Positions 9,009 to 18,287 are shown, counted from the stretch's first letter. The stretch: 64,000 nucleotides of DNA from an uncultured Candidatus Saccharibacteria bacterium (GCA_964447415.1 CAYUSN010000001.1:33735-97734), one strand, 5' to 3'. The notes: a model not told the origin generated them from the letters alone. Made by a program: numbers and translations.

Positions 9009-9130
9009 GTTGACCCAAGCGCAGGCACAATCCGAAGTTTTTTTCTTACCTCGTTGCCCTAAAGGGGCGGTCTGCCAACGAGGCTACTCTTCGGAGCAAG
9101 CGCATTGGGTCAACCAGACCGTCCCTTTAG
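9009..9130 (+). promoter_or_regulatory. Highly structured leader upstream of the LSR (nested stems plus a competing 16-bp helix)
   Basis: Pairings 9009-9018/9105-9114, 9031-9037/9089-9095, 9049-9056/9076-9083, 9059-9074/9115-9130. Confidence 0.6.
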
Positions 9131-9162
9131 AGTTTCTGGGTTATTAGCCTTAATACACCCAT

Positions 9163-10782
9163 ATGAGTATTGATAAGAATCAACCAATCAAATACTTCCT
9201 GTATGCTCGGAAATCCTCGGAAAGTGAAGATCGACAGGTTCAGTCGATTGATGATCAGATAAACCGTCTTAAAGAACTGGCGAAGAACCTACATATTCCG
9301 ATAAAAGAAATCCTCACCGAGGCAAAGACCGCAAAGAAACCACACTGCAGACCGGTCTTTGCACAAATGCTCGAACGTATCGAGAAAGGTGAGGCCAGTG
9401 GAATCCTTTGTTGGCAAATAAACCGTCTCTCTAGAAATCCAATCGACAGCGGAAAGTTGGGATGGATGCTTCAGCAAAACATTTTACAGTCCATTCAAAC
9501 CATTGACCGTCAGTATCTCCCTGACGACAACGTACTCCTGTTCAGTGTAGAGAGTGGGATGGCGAACCAGTTCATTATCGATCTGCGCAAAAACAGCCGA
9601 AGAGGTATGGAAGGAAAAGCCGACCGAGGGTGGCTCCCCTCCCGAGCACCGTTGGGGTATTTGAATGACAAGCTGAAGAACACGATTGTTAAAGACCCTG
9701 AACGTTTCGATCTCGTACGAAAGATGTGGAATCTCATGCTTACAGGCAACTACACGCCATCTAAAATATGCGACATTGCAAACAAAGAGTGGGGTTTTCA
9801 GACATCGCAAACAAAGCGTAGTGGTGGAGGAGAACTTGCGCTTAGCGTTTTATACAAAACATTCGCAAACATTTTCTACACAGGAAAATTTGAATGGGCT
9901 GGAAGAGTTTACGAGGGCAACCATGAGCCAATGGTGAGCTTGGAGGAATACGACCGTGTACAGGTAATTCTTGGGCGTGAAGGTAAGCCACGATCTAAAA
10001 CGCACGACTTTGCATATACAGGACTCATGCGTTGTAGTACGTGCGGTTCAATGTTCACAGCAACTGAGAAAAAGAAGTTTATACAAAGCACCGGTGAGAT
10101 TAGAACCTACGTTTACTACCACTGCACCAGAAAAAACAAGAATGTGCGGTGTAACGAAAAGAGCATCACCCTTGAAGTGCTCGAGGGTCAAATTGAGGCT
10201 GAGCTAGAGAGATACGCAATACTTCCCCAATTCCAAGAGTGGGCTATTGAGATCCTTAACCGTGATAACGACAAAGAGATTCAAGAGAGAACCAAGATAT
10301 ACGAGGCACAGCACAAGGCAATCGTGGGCGCACAAAAAGAATTGGATTCACTAACTCAAATGCGGTACAGAGACCTTATCGACGATGAAACCTTCATTCG
10401 GGAACGTGACACCTTAAAAGAAAAAATATCGACACTCACCAACAATCTAAGAGAGACAGAAGATAGGAGTAAGAAATGGTTAGAACTTACTGAGAAAACA
10501 TTTAACTTTGCGTGCTACGCCCGTAAAGAGTTCCTTTTTGGAGACCTCAACAAGAAACGAGAGATCTTCTCGGCACTTGGCTCGAACTTTTCTGTAAAAG
10601 ACCAGAAAGTACGCATTGAAGCCAACGAATGGCTCGTACCTATCGAAAAAGCCTACCCAGAGCTAGAACTTGAGTACAATCGGCTCGAACTAGATAAAAC
10701 CCTTGATACAGCAACACGAAATGAACGTTTTGCTGAACTTATTCTCTCTTGGGGTGCCTACTGGGAATCGAACCCAGATTGA
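9163..10782 (+). CDS. Large serine recombinase (resolvase, recombinase, Zn-ribbon, coiled coil)
   Basis: YARKSS catalytic motif, RLSRN, APLGY, HEPMVS, CSTCG...YYHC...C; last codons overlap tRNA-His antisense. Confidence 0.95.
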   Translation: MSIDKNQPIKYFLYARKSSESEDRQVQSIDDQINRLKELAKNLHIPIKEILTEAKTAKKPHCRPVFAQMLERIEKGEASGILCWQINRLSRNPIDSGKLGWMLQQNILQSIQTIDRQYLPDDNVLLFSVESGMANQFIIDLRKNSRRGMEGKADRGWLPSRAPLGYLNDKLKNTIVKDPERFDLVRKMWNLMLTGNYTPSKICDIANKEWGFQTSQTKRSGGGELALSVLYKTFANIFYTGKFEWAGRVYEGNHEPMVSLEEYDRVQVILGREGKPRSKTHDFAYTGLMRCSTCGSMFTATEKKKFIQSTGEIRTYVYYHCTRKNKNVRCNEKSITLEVLEGQIEAELERYAILPQFQEWAIEILNRDNDKEIQERTKIYEAQHKAIVGAQKELDSLTQMRYRDLIDDETFIRERDTLKEKISTLTNNLRETEDRSKKWLELTEKTFNFACYARKEFLFGDLNKKREIFSALGSNFSVKDQKVRIEANEWLVPIEKAYPELELEYNRLELDKTLDTATRNERFAELILSWGAYWESNPD

Positions 10783-10825
10783 GAGCTCCACAAGCTCCAG
10801 TGTTGACCGTTACACCATAGGCACC
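10750..10825 (-). tRNA. tRNA-His(GTG), integration target
   Basis: G-1, acceptor GTGCCTA/TAGGCAC, anticodon loop TTGTGGA, GGTTCGATTCC, encoded CCA. Confidence 0.95.
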
Positions 10826-10953
10826 ATGCGGGACTACTGTACCGAAAAAACGGCGCGAAAGCGAGTGGTTAGTAGCGACGTAGAGCGAGCGAAACGAAAA
10901 AGTAACCTTTTTCATTTCCGAGCCGAGGAGCTAGTATAAGGGCGAAGCCGCTT

Positions 10954-12036
10954 CTATTTTGTGACCTGTATCAGACGCACAGAAGTGTCCGATTCAACAA
11001 CATCAAACCGAACCCTTCCGATGACCAGTCCCTCGCGGGTTTCTACCGACACGCGCCACGCACCGGGCATAATGTTTTCTTTCATTGAATAACTCCTATA
11101 TCCGTTTTCGCGACCGCCCACAATCGGAAACACAACCGTGTTCTCCGTCACCCACCTGCTTCCGGTAAGGTACTGCCACTTGTGCACAACAGATGTTGAG
11201 AGGCGCGCGGGCGCAAATACCGACGTCCACACGAACACCGGCTCACCGGGTGTGCGGTGGTAATCTTCCGAAAGAGAAAACGTGCTTGCAAGCGTGCGTG
11301 GTTCAACATGCAGTTCATACGAGTCCCCCACGCGCGTCATCCAGTGTGCAACCGCCGAATCAGACAGCGTCAACGGCACCGGCGGAATGACGTTGGTCAC
11401 ATAGGCAAACATACACGCGATACTGATTGCTCCGACGGTGAACATGAGGCGGGGTGCCGTCTCGGACACATCGCGCGGAGCAATCAACCGCAATACCGCA
11501 ACAAACACCACAACGAGCACGAGACTTAGCGCAATACCGCCGATAAACTCCAACGCCCCGATGGACCGCACCAGAATCGGCACAAGCATGAGCGAGTACG
11601 ACAAAAGTGCGACGTACAAAACACTCACGTGAAACACCATACGTTCATAGCGCGTGCGAAACGCCTCATTCCCGACAAGCATAAACAGCAAAAAGAGAAT
11701 GAGCGGCCAGGAAGCAGACAACGACGCGCTCCGGACATAAAACACCACAAACGCCGAGAACAGCGCACCAAATGCAATCTGCAGCACGAACGGTGCAACC
11801 GTAATTCCCCATGCGAGCACGCGGTGCTTTTCTTGATTACGTTCACGGTGCGCAAGCAGCACGATACACAACCCGGCAAGCAGGATGTAGGTAGTGAGAA
11901 CAATATTTTCTGCAAGCAGATCAATTCTCCGCAACGTGAGCGAGTCGACGATAAAACCGAAGGCAAGCGCCGCACCCGAGAGTGCCCGCTCGTGTTTTTC
12001 AATCAGTGTTTTTGCCCTGACAATTAATGCCCGCAT
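10954..12036 (-). CDS. Multi-TM membrane protein with C-terminal DUF2914-like domain
   Basis: Probable start MRALIV at 12036; C-terminal GGRENGYRSYS.K...PGAWRVSVET. Confidence 0.75.
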   Translation of the reverse strand: MRALIVRAKTLIEKHERALSGAALAFGFIVDSLTLRRIDLLAENIVLTTYILLAGLCIVLLAHRERNQEKHRVLAWGITVAPFVLQIAFGALFSAFVVFYVRSASLSASWPLILFLLFMLVGNEAFRTRYERMVFHVSVLYVALLSYSLMLVPILVRSIGALEFIGGIALSLVLVVVFVAVLRLIAPRDVSETAPRLMFTVGAISIACMFAYVTNVIPPVPLTLSDSAVAHWMTRVGDSYELHVEPRTLASTFSLSEDYHRTPGEPVFVWTSVFAPARLSTSVVHKWQYLTGSRWVTENTVVFPIVGGRENGYRSYSMKENIMPGAWRVSVETREGLVIGRVRFDVVESDTSVRLIQVTK

Positions 12037-12101
12037 GTGTTCAGAATACCACCAATTGTGTCTCTTTTCTGTTTTCCTACTTTGGTCTATACTGCCTTCG
12101 C

Positions 12102-12185
12102 GCGCAGGTGGCGAAATTGGTAGACGCACTACCTTGAGGTGGTAGCGCCCGCAAGGGCTTGGAGGTTCAAATCCTCTCCTGCGCA
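12102..12185 (+). tRNA. tRNA-Leu(GAG)
   Basis: GCGCAGG/CCTGCGC acceptor, CTACC-TTGAGGT-GGTAG, long variable arm. Confidence 0.95.
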
Positions 12186-12191
12186 CAAAGA

Positions 12192-12218
12192 AAAACGACC
12201 GCTTTCGGCGGTCGTTTT
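12192..12218. terminator. Bidirectional intrinsic terminator
   Basis: aaaacgaccgc-tttcg-gcggtcgtttt between convergent tRNA-Leu and rplS. Confidence 0.8.
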
Positions 12219-12672
12219 ACTCTTTTGTTTCGGTGGTTTCTTCGGTCGTTTCTGGTGTTTCCGGTTCTGCCGGAGCTTCCGGTTCTGCAACCTTGCCTCC
12301 CGTTGAAATGTTGACGAACTGCATGCGGCGCATCTGTCGGCGGATTTCGCGTGCCGCTTTTTCGCGGATGTGGTAGAGCTTTGCGCGGCGTGTTTTCACG
12401 TGGCGAAGAATTTCAATCTTATCGATTGCCGGAGAATAGAGCGGAAAAATCTTTTCCACACCGTAGCCGTCTGCAACGCGGCGAACCGTAAAGGTTGCAC
12501 CCGCCGTTGAGCCTCCTTTTCGTCCGATGACGGTGCCCTCAAATGCCTGGAGGCGTGTTTTGCCTTTTTCCTCGACTTTTACCCACACGCGAACAGTGTC
12601 ACCCGCGCGCATCGGAAGTTCCTTGCGCTCGTCCATATCCACCGGCGAGATTTTTACTGCTGTGTGTACCAT
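12217..12672 (-). CDS. rplS: 50S ribosomal protein L19
   Basis: [38 protein letters not shown]. Confidence 0.95.
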   Translation of the reverse strand: MVHTAVKISPVDMDERKELPMRAGDTVRVWVKVEEKGKTRLQAFEGTVIGRKGGSTAGATFTVRRVADGYGVEKIFPLYSPAIDKIEILRHVKTRRAKLYHIREKAAREIRRQMRRMQFVNISTGGKVAEPEAPAEPETPETTEETTETKE

Positions 12673-12719
12673 AATTGTAGGCACCGTACTTTAGCACGGA
12701 GGTCAAAAAACGGCAAGAA

Positions 12720-13442
12720 TTACGCCTCCTTCTTCAGAAGCTTCTCCGCCTCAATAAAATCCTCGGGAAGCGGCGCCTCAACGGTTTTTTCCTTCCCCGA
12801 CGGAAGCATGAGCGTCAGTGAGTAGGCATGGAGCGCGACGCGGTCAAAACCGAGTGCGGGACGCTGTTTGGGCGCATACAGTCCGTCGCAGACCACAGGA
12901 TGATTGATCGCTTTCATGTGCACGCGAATCTGATGAGTGCGGCCTGTCTTCGGATGCACCTCCAGATACGAATGTTCTTTTCCCCGCTCAAGCACGTGGT
13001 ATTCGGTAATCGCCTCCCGCATCACCCCCCTGGCGCCGCGTTGTGCGGACCAGAGCCGCGGATCAGTTGAACTTTTGCCGATAGGACGATTGATGATGTC
13101 TTTGTCTTTTGTGACGATACCGTACACAAACGTGCGGTAGATTTTTTTTGCTTCGCGCTCCTGAAACACCGATTTGAGATGCACGAATGCGTCTTCGTTT
13201 TTTGCGATCACCATGACGCCCGTCGTGTCGCCGTCGAGACGATGTACGATGCCGGGGCGCTCAACCGTCATGCCGTTTGAAAGCACCTGCGGTTCACCGA
13301 TACCCGCCGTCTCCGGATACTCCGCCGCCACCCAGTCGGCTACGGTCTGCTCGTCGGTTTTACCGTCGTCGTGCACCAACATACCTGAGGGCTTATTGAT
13401 AAACACCACGTCATTGTCCTCGTAGAGAATGGGGATGTTCAT
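12720..13442 (-). CDS. RluA-family pseudouridine synthase
   Basis: INKPSG, HRLDGDTTG, TGRTHQIRVH. Confidence 0.93.
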   Translation of the reverse strand: MNIPILYEDNDVVFINKPSGMLVHDDGKTDEQTVADWVAAEYPETAGIGEPQVLSNGMTVERPGIVHRLDGDTTGVMVIAKNEDAFVHLKSVFQEREAKKIYRTFVYGIVTKDKDIINRPIGKSSTDPRLWSAQRGARGVMREAITEYHVLERGKEHSYLEVHPKTGRTHQIRVHMKAINHPVVCDGLYAPKQRPALGFDRVALHAYSLTLMLPSGKEKTVEAPLPEDFIEAEKLLKKEA

Positions 13443-13448
13443 ATATAT

Positions 13449-13718
13449 CTATTGTACGTAAAATCCTGAGAATTGCCCCGCGGGTTCTTTCCATGCAACC
13501 GTCACGTCACGCACGCGCGCAAGGAAGGGCCCTTTGTGCAGATATTCTATGAGTTTTTTGAGTTTATCCTCCGGTCCCTGCGCCACAACATGCAATTCCC
13601 CTACTCCGCGGTTTTCCACAAACCCCGAAAGCCATAGAGCGCCCGCGTGCCGCAGCACAAATTCGCGGAAACCAACACCTTGTACTTTTCCCGAGACCAC
13701 GGCGTCAATCTCGTGCAT
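13449..13718 (-). CDS. acyP: Acylphosphatase
   Basis: VSGKVQGVGFR, GFVEN, GP..ARV. Confidence 0.9.
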   Translation of the reverse strand: MHEIDAVVSGKVQGVGFREFVLRHAGALWLSGFVENRGVGELHVVAQGPEDKLKKLIEYLHKGPFLARVRDVTVAWKEPAGQFSGFYVQ

Positions 13719-13796
13719 ATATCCATTGTGGGTGTTGAGAATTAAAAGTAAATAAGGTATCGTGCGCCTGCAAAATAGCGTAAAATGGTCCGCGTT

Positions 13797-13869
13797 GGGC
13801 GCTTAGCTCAGTTGGTAGAGCAACTCGTTTACACCGAGAAGGTCAGGGGTTCGAGTCCCTTAGCGCCCA
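13797..13869 (+). tRNA. tRNA-Val(TAC)
   Basis: GGGCGCT/AGCGCCC acceptor, loop TTTACAC, GGTTCGAGTCC. Confidence 0.95.
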
Positions 13870-13898
13870 CTGTTGTAGTAGACTGTCTGGTGAGACCT

Positions 13899-13970
13899 CC
13901 TCCCGTAGTTTAACGGATAGAACAGGGGCGTTCTAAGCCTTTGATGGGGGTTCGATTCCCTCCGGGAGGA
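13899..13970 (+). tRNA. tRNA-Arg(TCT)
   Basis: CCTCCCG/CGGGAGG acceptor, loop GTTCTAA, GGTTCGATTCC. Confidence 0.88.
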
Positions 13971-13981
13971 CACGAGGAATC

Positions 13982-14299
13982 TTAGTACGGGTCAGGAATT
14001 GAAATACCGCCGTTGAGACGCGACTGGAACGTTGCGGCGCGTGCCGAAAACGCCGAGAGTACATCGCGGATGTGTTCTTTATCTACCTCCTGTGCGCCCG
14101 GCAACTCTAATGTCGATTCTATGACGCGGTTGCCGATGTTGCGTACGGAGAAATAAAAATAGAGTGACAGCGAAATACCGATGATGTTACCGACGGCAAA
14201 CAGCAGTAATAGTCGCGCCCATAATCCGCTATTTGTTCGTGCCACGAACATATTTCTGATTGCGGGGAGTATTTTTTTGTTCAGTCCGTCTTTTGCCAT
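13982..14299 (-). CDS. Single-TM protein at the end of the pilMNO-like operon
   Basis: One TM segment; ends IPDPY; operon context. Confidence 0.6.
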   Translation of the reverse strand: MAKDGLNKKILPAIRNMFVARTNSGLWARLLLLFAVGNIIGISLSLYFYFSVRNIGNRVIESTLELPGAQEVDKEHIRDVLSAFSARAATFQSRLNGGISIPDPY

Positions 14300-14304
14300 G
14301 CGTG

Positions 14305-14856
14305 TTATTGTTTCAATGTGATACGCACTGTTGCGCGCAACGCCCACCTCGGCTGCGGGGTGTCTTCATCAACACCCGACGTGTCGAGCGTCATTTGTGA
14401 AAGTGACGATTGGTACGGAAGTGCGTCAAGAAGCGACAATAGGTGGGAAACCGAGCGCCACGAACCTTCGGACATTACATTGACGACAAGCACCCCTTCA
14501 CGTGTCTGCGGGTCCTCATTTTCAACCTGCACCTGCAACACCGCAACCGGCGCCCCGACTGAAACACCGAAACCTTCCAACTCCTCAATGATCGTGATGA
14601 TGTCCTCCGGAGTTCGGAAAAAGTCTTTCACACCTTTTCGCTCCTCCGACAGCTCCGCAAGTATTCCCGCCGTGTCACGCACGCGCCGTTCAAGCTGTAT
14701 TTGCATCAGTAATTCTTCCTGTGTCGTTTGTATATGCGCATACTGCCGACGCGTCACAACCACCGCAACCACATACGCACCGATGAGTATCGCGCAGAAA
14801 AATGCCGTAACGTACAGCCGTATCTGTCGTGCCTTTTTTTCCTGTCCTATATTCAT
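14305..14856 (-). CDS. PilO-like type IV pilus assembly protein
   Basis: TM, coiled coil, GSW......L..LPY pattern; follows pilM/pilN. Confidence 0.65.
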   Translation of the reverse strand: MNIGQEKKARQIRLYVTAFFCAILIGAYVVAVVVTRRQYAHIQTTQEELLMQIQLERRVRDTAGILAELSEERKGVKDFFRTPEDIITIIEELEGFGVSVGAPVAVLQVQVENEDPQTREGVLVVNVMSEGSWRSVSHLLSLLDALPYQSSLSQMTLDTSGVDEDTPQPRWALRATVRITLKQ

Positions 14857-15455
14857 AGCACTGGTACTTCCTCCGCAACAGGGGCGGGGGTGTCTGTTAT
14901 ATACGACCCAAGCCCCACCGGCTCATCAAGGGACACGGTAAGGGTGAACTCAATGTTTTCGTTTTTTGCCAGACTTGATACCGGCACATCAACGCGTGAA
15001 AACAGCGGGGACTGTCGGAGTGCGTCTCCGAACGCAATGAGTGCCGCGCGGGTTGTTGCCGTTCCCAGTATTAAAACGGAAATTTCCTCGTTACCAAGAG
15101 AATATGCAAACTGCCGCACACTCACACCTTCCGGAATCCGCGGCGCAATATCCTCAAGAATTGAAGTCGCCGTACGACGTGAAAGCGACCCCTCAAGCAG
15201 CACGGACCGTTCCGACAGCTCAACAACCTCGCTTCCTCCGCTTTGTTTTCGCTGTAAATCAACAAGTATTTTGGTTGCTTTCAACTGATCATCAAAACCA
15301 CTCGCCCCCGACCACACAACGATAAAGGACGGGATAATAAAAAGTAGCGCAACAACAGCCGAACACATCAGCAGCAGCATACAAACAATCGCGACCCTTC
15401 GTCGGTGTTCCCACAGCACGCGCTTCGCGTCTTTTATTGGAAGCAGATTAACCAC
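14853..15455 (-). CDS. pilN: PilN-like type IV pilus assembly protein
   Basis: N-terminal NLLP motif (GTG start 15455), TM, G.A.TR..L..F...L..SP.F. Confidence 0.75.
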   Translation of the reverse strand: MVNLLPIKDAKRVLWEHRRRVAIVCMLLLMCSAVVALLFIIPSFIVVWSGASGFDDQLKATKILVDLQRKQSGGSEVVELSERSVLLEGSLSRRTATSILEDIAPRIPEGVSVRQFAYSLGNEEISVLILGTATTRAALIAFGDALRQSPLFSRVDVPVSSLAKNENIEFTLTVSLDEPVGLGSYITDTPAPVAEEVPVL

Positions 15456-15535
15456 ACGTCTATTGTATCGCATCCGGCACCTGTATACATACGCCGAAAA
15501 AAGAAAACCTGTGTACACGCGTCCTGCGTCGGCGA

Positions 15536-16636
15536 TTACTCGTCTTCGCGCAATGCAAGTCCGATCGCCGGAGCGTAGCCGAGTGATTCGGTTTCGGGTA
15601 ATTCAGGAATAAAGGTGTCAAATGAAAACGCATTCTCCCAAACGTTCCCTTTTGTAACCGGAATACGAAGCGCCCCTTCAAGGTGCTCGGGCAACCCGAC
15701 GATGTTTGCGTTCCCGCCCACAAGATACACCCGTTCGACAGGTTTATGTGCGACATCCATACCCTTAATGTCTTTGTGCGTCTGCCAATACACGATGTAC
15801 CGGTCGAGTTCATTGGAAAGTTTTTTGGCAAACGAAGTAAACGCCTCCTGCCCCATCGAATCGTCACGATACCGCAATCCTTGATTGTTTTTTATGTTCG
15901 TCAGATCCTCCGAGGAGGCGTCCGGGAGTACGCTCTGCAGCACCGCATCAATCTCATCGCCGCCGATATCAACGGTGGCGGTGAATCGCACCGCCTGTCC
16001 TTGTGCAATGGCGATACCTGACCGTTTCCGCCCGATGTCCACAATCATTGAAACCTCTTTTGTTTTTTTAGGAATTACCGCACGGGCAACCGCCTGCGCT
16101 TCTATTTCAAGCGACAACGGTTCGAGTCCCGCGGCAAACAGCAAATCCACGTACTCCTGCGCAATCTTCGTGGGGTACGCGGACACCGACACCATTTGCT
16201 GTCCCGGAATAAGCGGAGCACCGGGAACAACCTCAAAATCAATCACCGCGTTGTCCGCCGTCAGCGGCACATTTTCTTCAAGCTTAAACTGAAGTACTTC
16301 TCGAATCTCTTCGTCGGAAAGATGCCTCGGTACGTATGCCGGGAATATATACCCCTCCTCTTCAGGCAACGATGCACGCACAAAATGAATCCCATATTCC
16401 CGGGCCAGCTCCGAAAGCACTTCTACAAGCTTCTTTTTATCTACAATCTTCCCTCCCTCAACAACGCCGTGCGGAACGGAAAATGAAACGAACCGTTTCA
16501 GTTGTCTGCCGTGCTGACGCGTACGTGAGAGTTCGATACATTTGACCGAGTGGTCAGAAATGTCGAGCCCCACCGCAGGCATCAAAAGGTACGGGGGCGT
16601 GGGGAGCACCGAAAAGACCGCAGACGATAACTTCAT
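15536..16636 (-). CDS. pilM: Type IV pilus assembly protein PilM
   Basis: GLDISDHSVK, IVDIG, YLVGGNA, AIGLALR actin-like fold. Confidence 0.9.
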   Translation of the reverse strand: MKLSSAVFSVLPTPPYLLMPAVGLDISDHSVKCIELSRTRQHGRQLKRFVSFSVPHGVVEGGKIVDKKKLVEVLSELAREYGIHFVRASLPEEEGYIFPAYVPRHLSDEEIREVLQFKLEENVPLTADNAVIDFEVVPGAPLIPGQQMVSVSAYPTKIAQEYVDLLFAAGLEPLSLEIEAQAVARAVIPKKTKEVSMIVDIGRKRSGIAIAQGQAVRFTATVDIGGDEIDAVLQSVLPDASSEDLTNIKNNQGLRYRDDSMGQEAFTSFAKKLSNELDRYIVYWQTHKDIKGMDVAHKPVERVYLVGGNANIVGLPEHLEGALRIPVTKGNVWENAFSFDTFIPELPETESLGYAPAIGLALREDE

Positions 16637-16645
16637 TCCTTTATT

Positions 16646-16990
16646 CTAACCTAAATGCGTGCCGGGTGGCATATCCGCTTCGGGGACAATGAATGAAAAC
16701 TGTTTGTTATCTCCTTCACCGATTGATGCGGCGAATAACATGCCGTTGCTCTCATACCCCTTGATTGTGCGCGGTTCAAGGTTATACACGAACGTTGTTT
16801 TCTTTCCGACAAGCGACTGCGGGTCGGCGACATACTGTTTAATCCCCGAAACAAGCTGACGAGGTTCCGCTTCACCGAAATCAACCATGAGCCGGAGCAG
16901 TTTATCCGTCTCGGGAATTTCCTCGACAGAAATAATCTGTCCGACGCGTATGTCTACTTTTTTAAAATCATCAAACGAGAGGTGCTCCAT
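16646..16990 (-). CDS. tRNA-binding OB-fold protein (MetRS C-terminal/Trbp111/CsaA-like)
   Basis: FDDFKKVDIRVG, DKLL, RQLVSGI, NLEPR, SNGML. Confidence 0.9.
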   Translation of the reverse strand: MEHLSFDDFKKVDIRVGQIISVEEIPETDKLLRLMVDFGEAEPRQLVSGIKQYVADPQSLVGKKTTFVYNLEPRTIKGYESNGMLFAASIGEGDNKQFSFIVPEADMPPGTHLG

Positions 16991-16991
16991 A

Positions 16992-17378
16992 TCATTTTTG
17001 AAACCGTTTTTTGTCCAGAAACCGCTGTAGAATCACCGCGGCCGCCGACGCATCAATCATATCGTTTGTTCCTGTGAAACGCGACGCCTCCTGTGATGAG
17101 AGCCACTCCTGCTCGAAAATTACCGGCACATTGGCGGCGGCTTCCAGTTCTTTTTTGAACACCTGAATGCGTTCCATTATCGGATTATCGCCACCCTGCA
17201 GATTTGAAGAATACCCGAGCACGATGATGCTGGCGTTTTCTTTCCGCGCGAACGCCGCAATATCGTCTGCAAGCGTTTTTTTGCTCGGAAACACCGCATG
17301 CGGAAACGCAAGTGTTTCGCTTTGATCCGACAGCGCAATACCGACCCGTTTTTCTCCGTAATCAATCCCGAGAATCAT
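16992..17378 (-). CDS. ruvX: YqgF/RuvX nuclease
   Basis: ILGIDYGEKRVGIALSD, E.LSS.EA, DASAAAVILQ. Confidence 0.9.
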   Translation of the reverse strand: MILGIDYGEKRVGIALSDQSETLAFPHAVFPSKKTLADDIAAFARKENASIIVLGYSSNLQGGDNPIMERIQVFKKELEAAANVPVIFEQEWLSSQEASRFTGTNDMIDASAAAVILQRFLDKKRFQK

Positions 17379-17390
17379 GCAGTGCGCAGG

Positions 17391-17687
17391 TTATGTGTTC
17401 GGTGTGTTCGGTGTCTGCGGGGTGTTTTTCATCATGCTTCCGACTTTTTTCGGAAACAATGTGTCAAAATGAAGTTTTGCAAATCCGAACAAATACACAA
17501 TCTCAAGAATACCGACGGTGTTGATTACCAACAGTGCGATAAACCACCACCCCTGCTCCCGTCGTGATGAGTGCCACAGTGCTAGCCCCTTCCATACGAG
17601 AGACCAAAGCATGAGGATAATAAAAAACGGTGATGCCCACGGCACCCCACCGCCCCATCCGAGTCCCATTGCACTTCCAAAGTCCAT
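17391..17687 (-). CDS. DUF5652-like membrane protein
   Basis: WSLVWKGLALW...WF...INTVGILEI.Y. Confidence 0.75.
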   Translation of the reverse strand: MDFGSAMGLGWGGGVPWASPFFIILMLWSLVWKGLALWHSSRREQGWWFIALLVINTVGILEIVYLFGFAKLHFDTLFPKKVGSMMKNTPQTPNTPNT

Positions 17688-17722
17688 ATAAATGTATGTT
17701 ATGTTGCGAGTAATACTGCCGG

Positions 17723-17794
17723 TGCTCTCGAGAGGAATCGAACCTCTATTACAAGCTCCGCAAGCTTGCGTCCTATCCGTTGAACGACGAGAGC
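17723..17794 (-). tRNA. tRNA-Arg(GCG)
   Basis: GCTCTCG/CGAGAGC acceptor, CAAGC-TTGCGGA-GCTTG, GGTTCGATTCC. Confidence 0.92.
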
Positions 17795-17828
17795 GCGTCG
17801 CTACTGTATCAGAAAAAGAGATGCGGTT

Positions 17829-18287
17829 CTAGAACCCGAAAAGTTCAAGAAGTTTGTCGGAAAACGTTTCGTGTACCTCCGCCTCTTCAAGATACCGCGA
17901 GAGTGTTTCACGAACATCATCAGCATCAATCCCGTCGAGAAGAATCACGATATGCGGCATGGCAACTTTTCGCGACGTAAGCACAAGGCGGTTCGGAAAC
18001 AGATGCTCCTGCACCCAAAATGACTGGAGTGTTGCGTACGGAAAGAGTGTGGTATCGATTGCAATGCCGCGGTCTGTGATATCACACCTGACCATTTTCG
18101 GATGACGGAGCGCGTGCAAACCAAGCGCAACCGCGCCGATTGCAATTACAAGTCCGAACAGCAGATTACCAAACAAGATGGCCACCACTACCCCGCCGAC
18201 GGCGATAATACCGAGCCCCCAGAACCAGTCTGAGCTCCGCGGCGTATGCTCATATTCAAGCGCCTCCCACGACAAGTGCGTCTGCAT
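17829..18287 (-). CDS. Conserved CPR membrane protein (2 TM plus PH-like domain)
   Basis: Start MQTHLSWEALEY at 18287; DWFW, SFW motifs. Confidence 0.7.
   Translation of the reverse strand: MQTHLSWEALEYEHTPRSSDWFWGLGIIAVGGVVVAILFGNLLFGLVIAIGAVALGLHALRHPKMVRCDITDRGIAIDTTLFPYATLQSFWVQEHLFPNRLVLTSRKVAMPHIVILLDGIDADDVRETLSRYLEEAEVHETFSDKLLELFGF

Larger units (their letters stand above)
113..10756. mobile_element. ~10.6-kb integrative element with a large serine recombinase, inserted in the 3' end of tRNA-His
   Basis: Direct repeat TGGGGTG at 113-119 and 10750-10756; AT-rich compared with the core; LSR at the right end; TA pair, replication-like and cargo genes inside. Confidence 0.8.

Noticed and set aside
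10860-10953. Possible small repeat element between tRNA-His and the DUF2914 gene
   Set aside because: Only short, weak complementarity and no second copy seen in the window.
12037-12186. N-terminal extension of ORF 10954..12186
   Set aside because: It is the antisense of tRNA-Leu; the real start is probably 12036.
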